Below are positions 38,301 to 51,836 of a stretch of DNA of 64,000 nucleotides, piece by piece; position 1 is the first letter of the stretch, and each line of letters begins with the position of its first letter. Made by a program: the position numbers and the translations under genes. The notes beneath the pieces were generated by a model. The model did no database searches. It saw only the letters and a list, made by a program, of their open reading frames with translations, and was not told the origin of the DNA. The stretch lies in assembly GCA_043228905.1 (NCBI GenBank), contig JBHGNT010000005.1, positions 1 through 64,000 of the forward strand, written 5' to 3'. Source of the stretch: Azolla caroliniana. Taxonomy: Eukaryota; Plantae; Polypodiophyta.

Positions 38301-40876
38301 AGCATACTCCGGACCCTCTCCATTATGGTCCGGTTCATCCTCTCGGCCAGCCCGTTCAGTTCCGGCGTCTTCGGCACAGTAAACTCGAGCCGGATTCCCT
38401 TCGAGCGACAGTACTCCTCGAACTGCCCCCGGTATTCCCCTCCGTTATCCGCTCGTATCGTTTTCAGCTTCTTGCCGGATTCCCTTTCCACTCTCGCGTG
38501 GAGTTCTTTGAAAACGCACAACACTTGATCCTTTTTCTTCAACGGTGCCGTCCACAGCTTCCGGCTGTGGTCATCAATGAATGTCACGAAGTACTAGGCT
38601 CCGCCATGTGACTTCGTTTCTACTTGACACACGTCAGTGTGCACCAACTCCAATGGTGCGCTACGTCTCGTCGGTGGCCTTGAGTGGAAGGAGGTTCGGT
38701 TCTGCTTACCGGCCAGGCAATCGGTGCACTTCTCCAGGTGCACATGCTTCACTGGAATAAGGTTGTCTTCTGCAAGCCTCTTCATCCCCTTCTCACTCAT
38801 GTGGCACACTCTCTTGTGCCATAGCTCACCGGCAGTGTCGGCTGCCACGTTCAACTCATCCGGACACAACCATGCATTCATAAGGTACAGTGTGTTGACT
38901 TTCCGGGCCCGAGCCACTATCAGGCTCCCCTTGCTGAACTTCATAACGCAGTTCCGGATGCTACTTGTGTAGCCTTCATCGTCTAGCCTCCCGGCCGAAA
39001 TCAGGTTCAATCGAACCTCCGGAACGTGTCGGACATCCTTCAGCAACATTTTGCATCCGGTCGAGGTTGTCAACCACACGTCTCCTATGCCGGCAATCCG
39101 GCATGTACCTTCATTTCCCATCCGAACACAGCCATGTTCACCGGCTGTGTAGGATGAGAAGTATCTTCTTTCCGGGGTCAGGTGGAACGACGCTCCGGAA
39201 TCGACCACCCAGGTAGTCTCATCGCCGGCAATGTTTAGTTCACCTTCTTCGGTGATGAGCATGATCTCCTCTTCACTTGCCGCGAGTGCCGTCGTTCCTT
39301 TCCGGTCCTGCCCTCGCCGATCCGAACCATTCCGGTCCGTGGCTCCCCGGTAAGCACCGTTCCGTTCCGAAGACTTCTTCGAATCGGTGTCGTCGGCTCC
39401 GTTGTCTTTTCGGTAATGCCGACAATTCTTTCGGAAGTGCCCCGGCTTCCCACAGTGGAAGCATGTGGGCCTTCCTCTTGACCGCGACCGGGTCCCCGAC
39501 TTCTCCCGTCTTTGCGAACTCCGGTTCCGTTGTCTTCCCCGATCCGATTCTGTAAGCAGCATCTTCGGATCGGAGGCCGGTTCTTTATCTCTCCGACGCG
39601 CTTCTTCATTCAAAATGCTTGTCTTTACCGTTTGTAGGGACAAGTTATCTTCGGTGCAGGAGGTGCTGAGAGTCACCACCAAGTTCTCCCAGCTTTCCGG
39701 CAATGTACACATCAGCATGATGGCTTGCATTGCATCCTCCAACGGGAACTTGATCGCCGCAAGCTAGTTCACGAATCCCATGAACGTGCTTACGTGTTCC
39801 ACCATACTCTCGTCGTCCCGATACTTGAGGTTCACTATCTTCCTCATCAGGGAGGTCCGGTTCAACGCATTCTTCCTCTCGTAGAGGCCCGACAGCTTCT
39901 GCCACATCTCATATGCGTTGGTGTCGTTCGCCACATGTTGTAGAACGCTCACGTCGACGTATTGCCGAATGGTTGCAACGGCTTTCCGGTTCAGAAGCCT
40001 CCATTCCGTCTCAAGTACCCCCTTGGGTATTTCCGACCTGTCGATCGGTTCATACAGGTCCCGAACAATGAGCAGATCCTCCATCTTTATCTTCCAGTCG
40101 GCGTAGTTCTGCGCATTCAGCACCATCATCCCCGGCTGCCCGCTGCTGCCGCCTTCCATTTTCTGCACTGCAGTCGCTCTGATACCAGATTGTTAGAAAA
40201 TTGACGCTTTCAAAACCTTCACCTCTCAGCCACAACCGAGGAAACCCGAGTCAATGCAGCAGTAAATCGAAAACACAGAGAAAGACTCGAATGCACCGGG
40301 TTTAGCGTGGAAAACCCTAGACGGGAAAAACCACGGGAGTACAAGACTCCAACTATCACTATACGCAGGGAATGTACAATGGCGAGCTGCAAGGCGACGA
40401 CCTTGAGCTCGCTGTCCTCGCCACAGGCGGCGGTATTACACAGAGGCGTCGACCTCTTCCTTCCTCTCTCTCTCACTCTCTCTCGGCTGCTCTCACTTCG
40501 CTCCCTCTAAGTGGAAAACAGAAAAATGAGCAACAACTACCAAACTGTTTGCCCTAAGTCATATTTATACACATATGACTTTCGGGCTATTTACAAGTAT
40601 AGCCTCGAGGGCCCTTGGCAAACATATTCACAAATATGTCCCCGCATCCGGATCTCTCTCCGGGTACATTCGTCATCCGGCTCCGAAACCGGGTCTTCAT
40701 CATCCGGATCCGAAACCGGGTCTTCATCATCCGGATCCGAAACCGGGTCTTCATCATCCGGATCCGAAACCAGGTCTTCATCATCCGGTTCCGATACCAG
40801 GTACTCCTCATTCGGGTCTTCATTCCCGATTCCCGGACATCTGACCATCCCATCCGGAGGGACCGTAATCCCAACA
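35390..40876 (-). mobile_element. Copia element C, full length, inverted, same family as B
   Basis: LTRs 40191-40876 and 35390-36075 are 686 bp each with only about 3 differences seen. TSD ATAAT at 35385-35389 and 40877-40881. PBS at 40176-40187 (minus strand). PPT adjacent to 36078. Confidence 0.97.
36086..40159 (-). pseudogene. Gag-Pol of copia C interrupted by two in-frame TAG stops
   Basis: Colinear with B's polyprotein. Stops at 39764-39766 and 38594-38596 fall where B has CAG (Gln). Confidence 0.92.
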
Positions 40877-43096
40877 ATAATCAACTCCGAGTCGACCGGT
40901 AAGGATTGACTCTACGATGAGCAGTCCCAACCAGCAAGAGACCGGTTAGCACTCGAGGGACCAGCCGGTTACGGTGAGGATACCGAACAGGCTGAAGAAG
41001 AAGTAGAGGAAGCTGAAACCGGAACCGGCCAAGACCCCGAATCGGATTCGGATGAAGAGCAAATGGAGGAGCCGGTTACCGAAGCCCGAAGACGGAGATA
41101 TCCTCTCAGAGAGAGAAGGGCTCCCCGAAGATTTCCGGATGCAGAGCATGTTCTACTGACCGATGAGGGGGAGCCGGAAAGCTTCGAAGAAGCGAAGGCT
41201 GACACCCACAGCCGAAAATGGTTAAGTGCCATGCAGGACGAGATGGATTCCCTGCATGAGAACCATACGTACGAATTGGTGGAGTTGCCGAAAGGAAAGC
41301 GGGCACTCCGAAACAAGTGGGTGTACAAGTTGAAACCGGGAGATGCCGGCAACCCCCCGAGATACAAAGCCAGGATCGTGGTGAAGGGGTTCCAGCAGAA
41401 GAAGGGTGTGGACTTCGACAAGATATTTGCCCCGGTAGTAAAGATGACCTCCATCCGGACGGTGCTGAGTATAGCAGCAAGCATGGACCTCGAGGTAGAG
41501 CAGCTGGACGTGAAGACGACATTCCTTCACGGCGACCTCGAAGAGGAGATCTACATGCAACAACCGGAAGGATTCGTGGAGAAAGGGAAGGAGCACCTGG
41601 TATGCCGGTTGAAGAAGAGCCTGTACGGACTGAAGCAGGCTCCTTGGCAATGGTACCGGAAGTTCGACTCCTTCATGACCGATCAAGGGTACCACAAGAC
41701 GCAGACCGATCACTGTGTGTTTGTGAAGAAGTTCGAAGGAGATGACTTCCTGATACTCCTTCTGTACGTGGATGACATGTTGATCGTCGGACGTGACCAA
41801 GTCAAAATACGGATGCTGAAGAAGGCTCTCAATCGGACCTTCTCAATGAAAGACTTGGGTCCGGCAAGACAGATGCTGGGGATGCACATCATTCGGGACC
41901 GGTCAGTGAAGCAATTATGGCTGTCACAGGAGAAGTACGTGACAAAGGTGCTTCACCGGTTCAACATGTCAGAGTCGAAACCGGTCGGATCGACACTTCC
42001 AGCAAACTGCAGGCTATCCGGTAAGCAAAGCCCGAAGACAAAAGCAGAGAAGGCAGATATGATGAAGGTTCCATATGCCTCTGCCGTCGGGAGCTTGATG
42101 TACGCAATGGTGTGTACCCGACCGGATATAGGATACGCAGTCGGAGTGGTGAGCCGGTTCATGAGCAATCCCAGCAAGGAGCACTGGATCACAGTCAAAT
42201 GGATACTCCGGTATTTGAAGGGCACTTCAAATATATGTCTCCGATTCGGCTCCGGAAAACCTCAACTGGACGGTTTCACCGATTCGGACATGTCGGCTGA
42301 TGTGGATACCAGCCGGTCTACATCCGGGTATGTAATGACACATGCAGGGGGAGTTGTTTCGTGGCAGTCGAGGCTGCAGAAGACGGTTGCATTGTCAACC
42401 ACAGAGGCGGAGTACATGGCAGCTGTGGAAGCCGGCAAGGAAATATTATGGATGAAGGACTTCATCGGAGAGCTCGGTATCCGACAAGAGGAATACCGAC
42501 TCTATTGCGACAGTCAAAGTGCCATCCACCTTGCTAAGAATGCGGCCTACCATTCCCGGACGAAGCATATCCAGCGGAGGTATCACTGGATCCGGGAAAG
42601 AGTAGATGACCAGGAGTTCGCACTGACAAAGATCCACACGGCCGAGAACGGGTCAGATATGCTGACCAAAGTGCTGACTCCCGACAAGCTGGACGCATGC
42701 CGGAAGAGGATTGGACTGGTAAGACATCCCATGCCGAAGTGAAGGGGGAGTTTGTTGGGAGACAGGTCCCTCCTGATGGGAAGGGAGAAGAACAGTGCCG
42801 ACGAACAAACTCCGTCGAGGCCGAAACCGGATGAGGAGTACCCGGCTACGGAGAGCCGGATGGTGCAGACCCGATATGAACCGGATGAGGAGTACCCAGC
42901 TACGGAGAGCCGGATGGTGCAAACCCGGTATGAACCGGATGAAGAGACATATTCGTAAATATGTTTCTGAGAGTCCATCGAGGCTATATTTGTAAATAGC
43001 CGAAAAGTCATATTAGTATAAATATGACTTAGGGCAAACTTTTAGTGTTGTCATTTTTCTTGTTGGTGCAAGAAGAAGAGAGAGCACGTAACAGTG

Positions 43097-43143
<47 letters not shown>

Positions 43144-43425
43144 GTTGCTGCCTCTGTTGTAACCGCCGCCTGTGGCGAAGATCGTGAGCACGAGGTCGTT
43201 GCCTCCGTGAACTTACTGTTTTGTACATTCCAACATAGTGATAGTTTGCAGCCTGTGGGCTGCCGTGGTTTTTTTTCCCTCTTTGGGTTTTCCACGTAAA
43301 CATTCTGTGTACCTTTTCTCTCCTTTGTGTCGTGTGTTTTTTCGTTTCCTGTTTTCTGTGTATGAAAAGAATCTCGGTTGTGGCCAAGCGTTGCGCATAG
43401 GGAGCGTCAAGTTCCCGTCAATGTC

Positions 43426-44793
43426 TACTATGTGTCTGACAATAGGTGGAGTATGGCAACCCTCATTAAGGTGGGCTTTTATTCAGAATTTTCATTTCTT
43501 TAAAACAACCTTATAGAAGAACGATTTTTTAATGTAATTCTCACAAGTTGGGGTTGTTGTTAAGAAATTTTTGGTTCAGAAAATGCCTTTGACAATGGAT
43601 GACTTGTTGAAATAACCTTTGACTTGAAATTTTCTCTTCTATGATGCAACAGTTTTTTTGTTTGGTAGCCGTCCTAGGCTAAATTGGGCTTCTTTAGATG
43701 CATCAGATGCATGTAATGTTCTTTCATGGGGATCCCATGTTATGAATCGACCGTTATAATCTTTATCGATGCATTCAATTCGAGGAGGTGTTATTAATAT
43801 GTGTAATGATATGCAACTAGCATTGGGACAATTTATGGCTTCATGGTTCCCCTCAAGTAATGAGATATGGTTTGGTTTTATTTCTTGTTTAAAAGTTATT
43901 TTAGGAGCTAAAGTAACTAATGCTACGAGTGATACTATGTACTTTAATGTTGATGATGATGGTAGGTTGTGGCATGTATACTCAACATCAGACGTGTGGA
44001 TTTCTGCCAACACTTTGGGTATACGAGTACTCGCAAGTTCGGGGGAAAAAATGGTGGATTGCATTGTGGCGCACCTACTGAATCGATTTTGCATGTGTTT
44101 TAGCTATGTCCCAAGGTGAGGAAATATTGGAGTAAGTTGTTTTTATTGTTGAGATAGCATTACTCTCGTTCAATATTCTCTTGGGGTGAAGTATTGTGGG
44201 GTATCCTTCATGGAGAGGTTATGAGGTATGAAAGTACGCATGCTTCTCATGTTTTTTGTTTTTCTAATAGACACCTCTCTCTCACCTCGCTTCCTTCTTC
44301 TATTCGATGATTCAGAATTAAAAAACTGGTTATTTGGCATACTATTATGTCATTGGCTCTTTGGATAATATGGAAAGCGAGATGTGGTTCTGTTTTTTAC
44401 AATGTTCACATATATCTAAACGCTATGCTTATTGAATTCTAGATGTTATTTGTCCACACACTATGTGGTCAATATGATGGTCAGCAGGGTTCGGATGATG
44501 TTCTCTGGCAATGGCAAGTGGCCTTTACGAATTGATGGCAAGAACTTCACTTCTTTTCGAATACAACTAATGGTCCGAAGTGGAATTATGCCATACCTTC
44601 TTTTATGTTGGATAGTTGATAGTATTGTTCTACTTGTTTTATATATGACATCATCTGTTTGATCAAATGCTTATACTAGCTTTTGTATCTTAAAATAAGA
44701 AGTGAGATGAAATATCTCCTTCTGTTTTCTCTATGTATCGTTTTCAAGTAATATATTCTAAGGTGCATCTTTCTTTAAATAAATAAATAAAAA
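43426..44793 (+). mobile_element. 3' part of the L1 LINE, continuing across copia A
   Basis: The frame WSQLMMHRMS|TMCLTIGGVWQPSLRWAF continues across the ATGTC TSD. Degenerate Trp-rich ORF2 C-terminal sequence follows, then an A-rich tail (AAATAAATAAATAAAAA) near 44777-44793. Confidence 0.7.
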
Positions 44794-45560
44794 GTTCAAC
44801 GATGAATGTTATCCATCCTTATGAGCAACTAAGGCTAAAACAAGGGAGGATTCTTGCTTGCTTATAAGTTATGGGGAGAGCCATAATTACTAGTTCAAAC
44901 TCACTACAAGGGTTCTTTTGTGGAAGATTATTGATATTTCTCTTTGTCTTGACTTGGAATGGTGGGTATAGAACCAATGTGCCGAAACAAGAAGGATTCT
45001 CCTTTAATTGGCCTAAACCCTACTTGTAAACTCTAAACTAAAATACACCTTCTAATATTATTACCCTTGTTACAACTTCACCCTATTGACTAGAGTTGGA
45101 TTGGGCATCCCCTTCCTAGTAGTTTATCAAATGATTTTTTGTGACGACCATTATGTGTCATCATAAATATAAGATCAACCCTTGGTCATATTATCGCCAG
45201 CACAACATGTGGTTTTGACATGCCCATATGTCAAAGGCATATACATCCATGTTCCTTCTAACTAACAAGTTAAAGGTGGCCCAACCTTTCTCCCTTCAGG
45301 GTTCTCAACGCAACATGAATTTAATGGGGTGGAGAGTTAATCCCTTAGTTGGGTGATCATGATTGTTTTGGCTTTTATTCGAAGCCGATGTGACAAGTCA
45401 AATACACCTTTTTTTCACTATTTGGTACTTGTGTAGTAAATATGTATGCAACATGAACCATGTCAAAAACGATGACTTATAGTCATAAAAATCAAAGTTG
45501 CTTCTTATAGTGGCTCCAAAAGTATGAAGGGGGTAACAATGCTCAAGTAGATAATCTAAG

Positions 45561-48500
45561 TGTAGAAAGTAACGTGCGGAAGCAGGTATGAAGACAGAAC
45601 AGAGGAAGGAAACTCAGGTTCAATGGAGAGCTTGGGCTTACACGGTATACACGGGAGAGACAGAGAGAGAAACACAGAAACTATATTCAACAATAATACT
45701 CAGTCTGTACATAAGACGTGCTCAGTGAACACTTTTATACAAGTCCTAGAAGGACTGACCAAAGTACTGACATTACTTCAATGCTCATCAAGAGCTCCTA
45801 CACAAACTCCCAAATATATTCCTCACGGAATATCTTTCCTAACGACCTGCCGATTTACGCACTCGGCCTAACCGATCGGTCCCAACCGATCCAGTCCTCG
45901 GCTTCTTCAGCTGATCCGGACGATGTTGAGCTTGTCTCTCAACTCTCCCCCTCAAGCTCAACCTGAGGCTCTTCGGGATCTTCACAGCACCGGTTCCTCC
46001 TGGCTTCTCGCCTCGCTCACACTCCTCGACCTGTTCAACTCCGCGCGCTTCGACCCTTCCGGTCGGCTTGTCTGCTCATGTGGCCCTCATTAGCTCTTCT
46101 GTTGTTGCAATGTTGACGCTTCTTCTGCTGCCTTTTCTTCCGCTTGGGCCTCTGTTGATTCAGCGTATCTGAATCAAACATCTGAACCGATTTGGCTACC
46201 TCCAATCGGTCTTCGCTCTCGTCCAAGTTGGTTGTCTCCAACTCGTCTTCGGTCTTCTCGCCCTTGATGGCGTCATCCTCCTCATGCGTGGTTGGCTTCA
46301 GCTCTCTCCTTCGGTTGCTCCCCTTCTGTCCGCTTCCGAACTTTTTCGCGGGTCCGCCCTCGGCTTCTTCAGCCGATCCGAACACGAACTCGACAACCGA
46401 GTCTACCGACTCGGACTCGGTGTCGCGGACTCCGCTCCTTTCCTGCCGCCTTACTTTGTCGTTCGGGATTGTTCTCCCCCTCAAGTTTGGCACATCGAGG
46501 TGACGCAATCCGAGCGCACCTGACAATTGCCGCAACTTGTCCAGACCAAGAGGCTTGGTGAAGATGTCGGCAGTCTGCCAATCCGTCGGAACGTATTGAA
46601 GTTCGACTTCACCGGAAAGGACACGCTCACGGACGAAATGGTAGTGCACCTCAATGTGCTTGGTCCGTGCGTGGAAGACGGGGTTCTTCGCGAGTTGGAT
46701 GCTGCTGAGGTTGTCGTAGTAGATCGTCGTTGGATCAGACACCTCCTCTTGTAGGTCCTTAAGTAGTTGCTTCAACCATATGGCTTCGCATGTCGCGATA
46801 GCCGCTCCTCGGTACTCAGCTTCGGTGCTCGACAGTGCAACTGTCGGCTGCTTCTTACTGCTCCACGTGATCGCGGCACTCCCGAGGGAGAACGTGTATC
46901 CGGACGTGGATCGGCGATCGGCGGCGTTGCCAACCCAATCAACATCGGTGTAGCCGACTAACTGCTCGGCTGCACCGGTCTGATATAGCAGTCCGCGGTC
47001 CTTAGTGCCGCTTACGTACCGCAGTACGCGTTGCGCACACTGAAGGTGCTCCTCGGTAGGTCGCGCCACGAACTGACTGATCACTCCGACCGGATAACTG
47101 AGGTCGTGTCGGGTGATGGTTGACAAGTATATGAGGCTTCCGACAATTTGCCGGAACCTCGTCAGGTCGCATACCTTTCCCGTATCGGGACGAAGCTTGA
47201 CGGTTCTGTCCAGAGGAGTCGAGACGGACTTACAGTCGGCCATCCTGAGTTTGAAGAGCATACTCAGCACGTAATGACGTTGGCTGATCAATATGCCTTC
47301 GGGGGTACAGATCACTTCGATACCGAGGAAGTAATGAAGGTCCCCCAGATCCTTCATGTCGAACGATGCCGCAAGTGGGAGCTTCACGCGGTCGATTTCA
47401 CCTAGGTCGACGCCGGTGATGACCAAGTCATCAACATATAGTAAAATACTAACCGGTCCGAGTCGACCTTTCCGGATGAACAGGGAAGAGTCTGATTTTG
47501 ACATGGTGAAGCCCATCCGACGCAGTTGTTGCGTGATCTTCGCGTTCCAGGCACGCGGGGCTTGCTTTAGTCCGTAGAGGGACTTCTTCAGTCGGCATAC
47601 TGTCGAGGAGTTCGTTCCGGAGTGAAATCCGGGGGGTTGTACCATGTACACCTGTTCCTCAAGGTCACCTTGCAGGAACACATTCTTTACATCCATCTGA
47701 TGTAAGTGCCACCCCTTGGCCGCGGCTACTGCGAGCAAAACACGGACGGTCGTCATTTTCACGACCGACGCAAACGTCTCATCGTAGTCGATGCCATGTT
47801 TCTACGCGTAGCCCTTTGCCACTAGCCGAGCCTTGTACCGGTTGACCGAGCCATCGGTGTTGTACTTGACTTTGTACACCCATCTACACCCGATCCGCTT
47901 CACACCCTTCGGTGCGTCAACCAGGTCCCAGGTCTCGTTCTCCGCCAATGCGTGCATCTCTTCCTCCATCGCGCCACGCCAATTCGCGTCCTTCGCAGCT
48001 TCTACGTAGCTCTCCGGCTCACGCACTTCCGTTACACGGGTCATGTACGCATAATGATGCGTCATGTACTCCTTGTATCCGAACCGCAAAACAGGGTTCT
48101 TCTGGCGGGTAGATCGGCGTAATCTCACATTAGCCGATGTCGAGGCCTTCTCAGTCGACGCGGTCTTCATCTTTAAAGACCTGTCACTGGTTCCCTCGAA
48201 GTCGGACCCGCGTCGGTCTGACTCGTTCCTATCCGTGCCGGAATCCGACACCTTCTTCTTCCCTTTCTCTTTGCGCGTAAGCCGTCTCCTCGGCTTCCTG
48301 CGCGGGGAATGCACGGCCGAGTCTCCACTACTCGCCGGCTCTTCATCGGACTGGTCGTACCGACTCAGTCGTCCAATTGGTCCACTTAACCGGAGTGAAA
48401 TCGGACTCTCTTCGCGGGTCTCGATTTCGGGCTCATCCGGAGGTCTCTCAGCCTCGCTGACCTCATCGTCAGAGCTCGGATTGGAGTCGAGGTTCGTAGT

Positions 48501-51233
48501 CGGGGGCAGGTACCAGGACGCGGACTCGTCAAACACAAAGTCGCGGTTGACACGCGCTTGTTTGGTGCGAGAGTTATAACACTTATAACCCTTCTGCTCG
48601 TCCGAGTAACCGACCAAGATGCACTTCTCGGCCTTTGCATCCAGCTTCCTCCTTTTCTCCTTCGGTATATGCACATACGCAATGCTACCGAACACCCTCA
48701 AGTGTCGCAAGTTCGGCTTCGTTCCGAAATATAGCTCGTGCGCCAACACTTTGTCTCCAATCCGGTTTTGGATGTATACCGCGGTCCTTACCGCCTCGGC
48801 CCAGTAGACCTTGGGCAAGCTCTTCTCCTCCAGCATTGCCCGTGCCGCTTCCACAACTGACCGATTCTTCCTCTCGGCCACGCCATTCTGCTCCGGCGTG
48901 TATCTACAACTGAATTCGCGCCGAATTCCCATTTGTTGTAGATAACCATTGAATTGACCGGAAAAGTACTCTTTCCCGCCATCCGACCGCAAACACTTGA
49001 TCTTTCGTCCTATTTCCGTTTCCACGAACCCTTTGAGGTCCCGGAAACAATCGAAGACTTCGCTCTTCCTCTCAATGAGGTAGATCCACGTGTGCTGCGT
49101 GTGGTCGTCGTTGAAGGAGACGAAATATCGGCTCCCTCCAAGACTAACGTTTTGTGTCGGCCCCCATACATCGGAGTGTATTAGGTCGAGCTTGTTCCGG
49201 CTCCGATTTCACTTGTTGGGGAAAGGAAGTCGCTATTGCTTCCCGAGCTGGCAGGCTTCACAAATTTGTGCCTTTCGGCCACTAAATTTGGGCAATCCGA
49301 ACACTACCTGTTTCGATTGCAGATCTTGAAGCCGCTGGTGGTTGACATGGCCTATCCGCTTGTGCCACAAGTTGATGTCCGACTCGGTCTTTTGTCCCTT
49401 CGCGAACATTGCGGTGCCGCCGTCAGTGGAGTCGAGGATGAACATCCTCCCGTCTCTGCGCCCTTGCGCAATCACACGACCTTCTTCCTCAATGAAGCAC
49501 CCGAGGTGTGTAAACCGAACCTCCATCCCTTGGTCGACGATCTGTCCAACCGAGACCAAGTTCTTCGTGATTGTCGGAACGTGCAGCACGTTCATGAGTT
49601 TCCCTTTCTGCTCGACGTGGCTAAGGGGAACTTCTCTGACATTCGCGATCGGATGTGGAGTGTCGTCTCCAGTTGCGACTACTTCGGGTTGTACCGGTTT
49701 TTCAAGGTACGAGAACCACTCCTTATGGCTCGTCATGTGGTTTGACGCGCCGGAGTCTACATACCACACCTCATCCGATCTCGGGGTGCTCTGTTTCATT
49801 GAGTTTGCTTCGTGTCTCGTCACGAAGACAGACCCTTCTCCGACTCTCCCAGAGTCTTTGGCGTAGTGCGATCGCTGCCGATTTCCCTTGTGGGTAGCTC
49901 CGGAGCCGTTTCCAGAACCGATTCTCTCCGAATCGACGCGCTTCTTCCAGCACTCACTTTCCCTGTGGCCTTTCTTGCCACAGTACCAGCACTCCGCGAT
50001 GGCCTTCCCTTGCCGGTTCTCATCGCTTCGACTCCCCCTGTTTCCGAAGGGTCCGGAGTTGCTATCGGCATCACTTCGGTGCCTTCTTCCTTGATCTCGT
50101 CGGCCGCCTTCATTGTGCCCCGACTCGCCTCGTCCTCCACGTCCACGGGGCCTATCTCCCTCCGTGTACAGCATTCTGCCATCGGCGTGCGTGCTTGTAG
50201 ACGCACCCGCGTGGTTCTCCTCTACAAGGAGCATCGACTGTAAGTCGAAAAAGGACGGCGTATTCTCCCGGGTACACACAGTCGTTCGGAACGCTCCGAA
50301 CTTCAATGCCAAACCTCCGAGACAGATCTGGACCATCTCGCTCTCCTTGATGTTCACCTCTATGGAGGCAAGGGAGTCGCAGATATCCTTGATCTTCGAG
50401 GTATAGTCTGCCACCGACAAATCGCGTTGTCGTAGGTTGCTCAACTCCTGTCGGAGCTGAAGCTTCCTGGCTGTGGTGCTCGTGGCGAAAATCTTCTTCA
50501 GATTTTCCCACACACCCTTCAGCGTCTTTGCATCCCGAACATAGCTCAATAGCTGTTCGCCCACACATGACGCGAAGCAGTATAATACCCTGCTCGCAGA
50601 TTGCTCCCACGATGGGAAGTCTCTGTGTGTCGATTCGGGTGCCGCGTCATTAGCTCCTTCGACATAACTCCAATAGTCGTGCCCGAGTAGGTACTGCTGC
50701 ATCTTGTAGGACCAAGACGCGTAGTTGGTTCTATCGAGCTTCTCTGTTGGAAGCAAGCTCGCCATGCCTCTATCCATTGTTCTTCTTGTTCTTCTTCGTC
50801 AAGCTGTGTCGGCTGCAGAGAGGTTCTCAACCCTCGCGCTCTGATACCATGTAGAAAGTAACGTGTGGAAGCAGGTATGAAGACAGAACAGAGGAAGGAA
50901 ACTCAGGTTCAATGGAGAGCTTGGGCTTACACGGTATACGCAGGAGAGACAGAGAGAGAAACACAGAAACTATATTCAACAATAATACTCAGTTTATACA
51001 TAAGACGTGCTCAGTGAACACTTTTATACAAGTCCTAGAAGGACTGACCGAAGTACTGACAATACTTCAATGCTCATCAAGAGCTCCTACACAAACTCCC
51101 AAATATATTCCTCACAGAATATCTTTCCTAACGACCTCCCAGTTTACGCACTCGGCCTAACCGATCGGTCCCAACCGATCCGGTCCTCAGCTTCTTTAGC
51201 CGATCCGGCCGATGTTGAGCTTCTCTCTCGACA
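45561..51233 (-). mobile_element. Copia element D (short-LTR, Ale/Ivana-type, inferred), full length but mutated
   Basis: LTRs 50850-51233 and 45561-45944 (384 bp, more than a dozen differences). TSD CTAAG at 45556-45560 and 51234-51238. The PBS directly adjoins the 5' LTR. Gag-pol 50777-46035 is broken by stops at about 49233 and 47802 and a frameshift near 49030-49090. Confidence 0.95.
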
Positions 51234-51836
51234 CTAAGCTATGTAGAATCTAGATAGAGAGGTCCACAAAGTACTAGTGTACACTCACAATAACTTTAAA
51301 CTCATCTATTCCTAGCCGGCAATGCAATCACGCATTGTTTGTTAATTTGAATGAACAAACTCCATAATCAACTTACCTTTTATATGGGCAATTTCTTTTT
51401 TAAATCTTATTCAATGAAAGTAATGGTATATCAAAATATGTATAAAAAAATAGTATCTTGACGTGCTTTGCCTTTACGCTATTTTTGTTTTGTTTGTGAA
51501 TTTTCTAGTGCTTGTTATCTAGTAGAAGACACTTATTTGTGAAGAACAAGGGTGTGGCTCGAGTGAAGATAAGGGCAATCATTAACACCTCAAAGATGCA
51601 TTATGAGAACGAATATTTTTGTGATTACTTTGATTCTTTTGTCGTCGTTAGAGCTCATTGGAATCTAATTGGTACACAATCAATGAACAAGTTTGACAAT
51701 GAAGAAAGAACATTTTGTAATCATTGTAGCTAAAAATGGCATCGAACATTAAAGAAAAAAACATCATTTCCATTTCCATTTTCAATAGTAGTATGTATTT
51801 TCGTTTTCGTGGTTTGATGTTTCCTTATATTTACAG

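Larger units (their letters stand above)
27300..43420 (+). mobile_element. Copia element A (TAR/Tork-like, inferred), host of nested elements B and C; defective
   Basis: LTRs 27300-28003 and 42753-43420. TSD ATGTC at 27295-27299 and 43421-43425. PBS TGGTATCAGAGC 28006-28017 and PPT GAAGGGGGAG 42741-42750. Gag starts at 28034 with a stop at about 28283. The element is interrupted at 28495 and 35390 and lacks the integrase core near 35190. An RT-RNase H ORF runs 41063-42742. Confidence 0.95.

Noticed and set aside
29215-50830. Numerous 60-210 aa antisense or alternate-frame ORFs over copia pol regions
   Set aside because: These are expected shadow ORFs in GC-rich coding sequence and show no recognisable domains.
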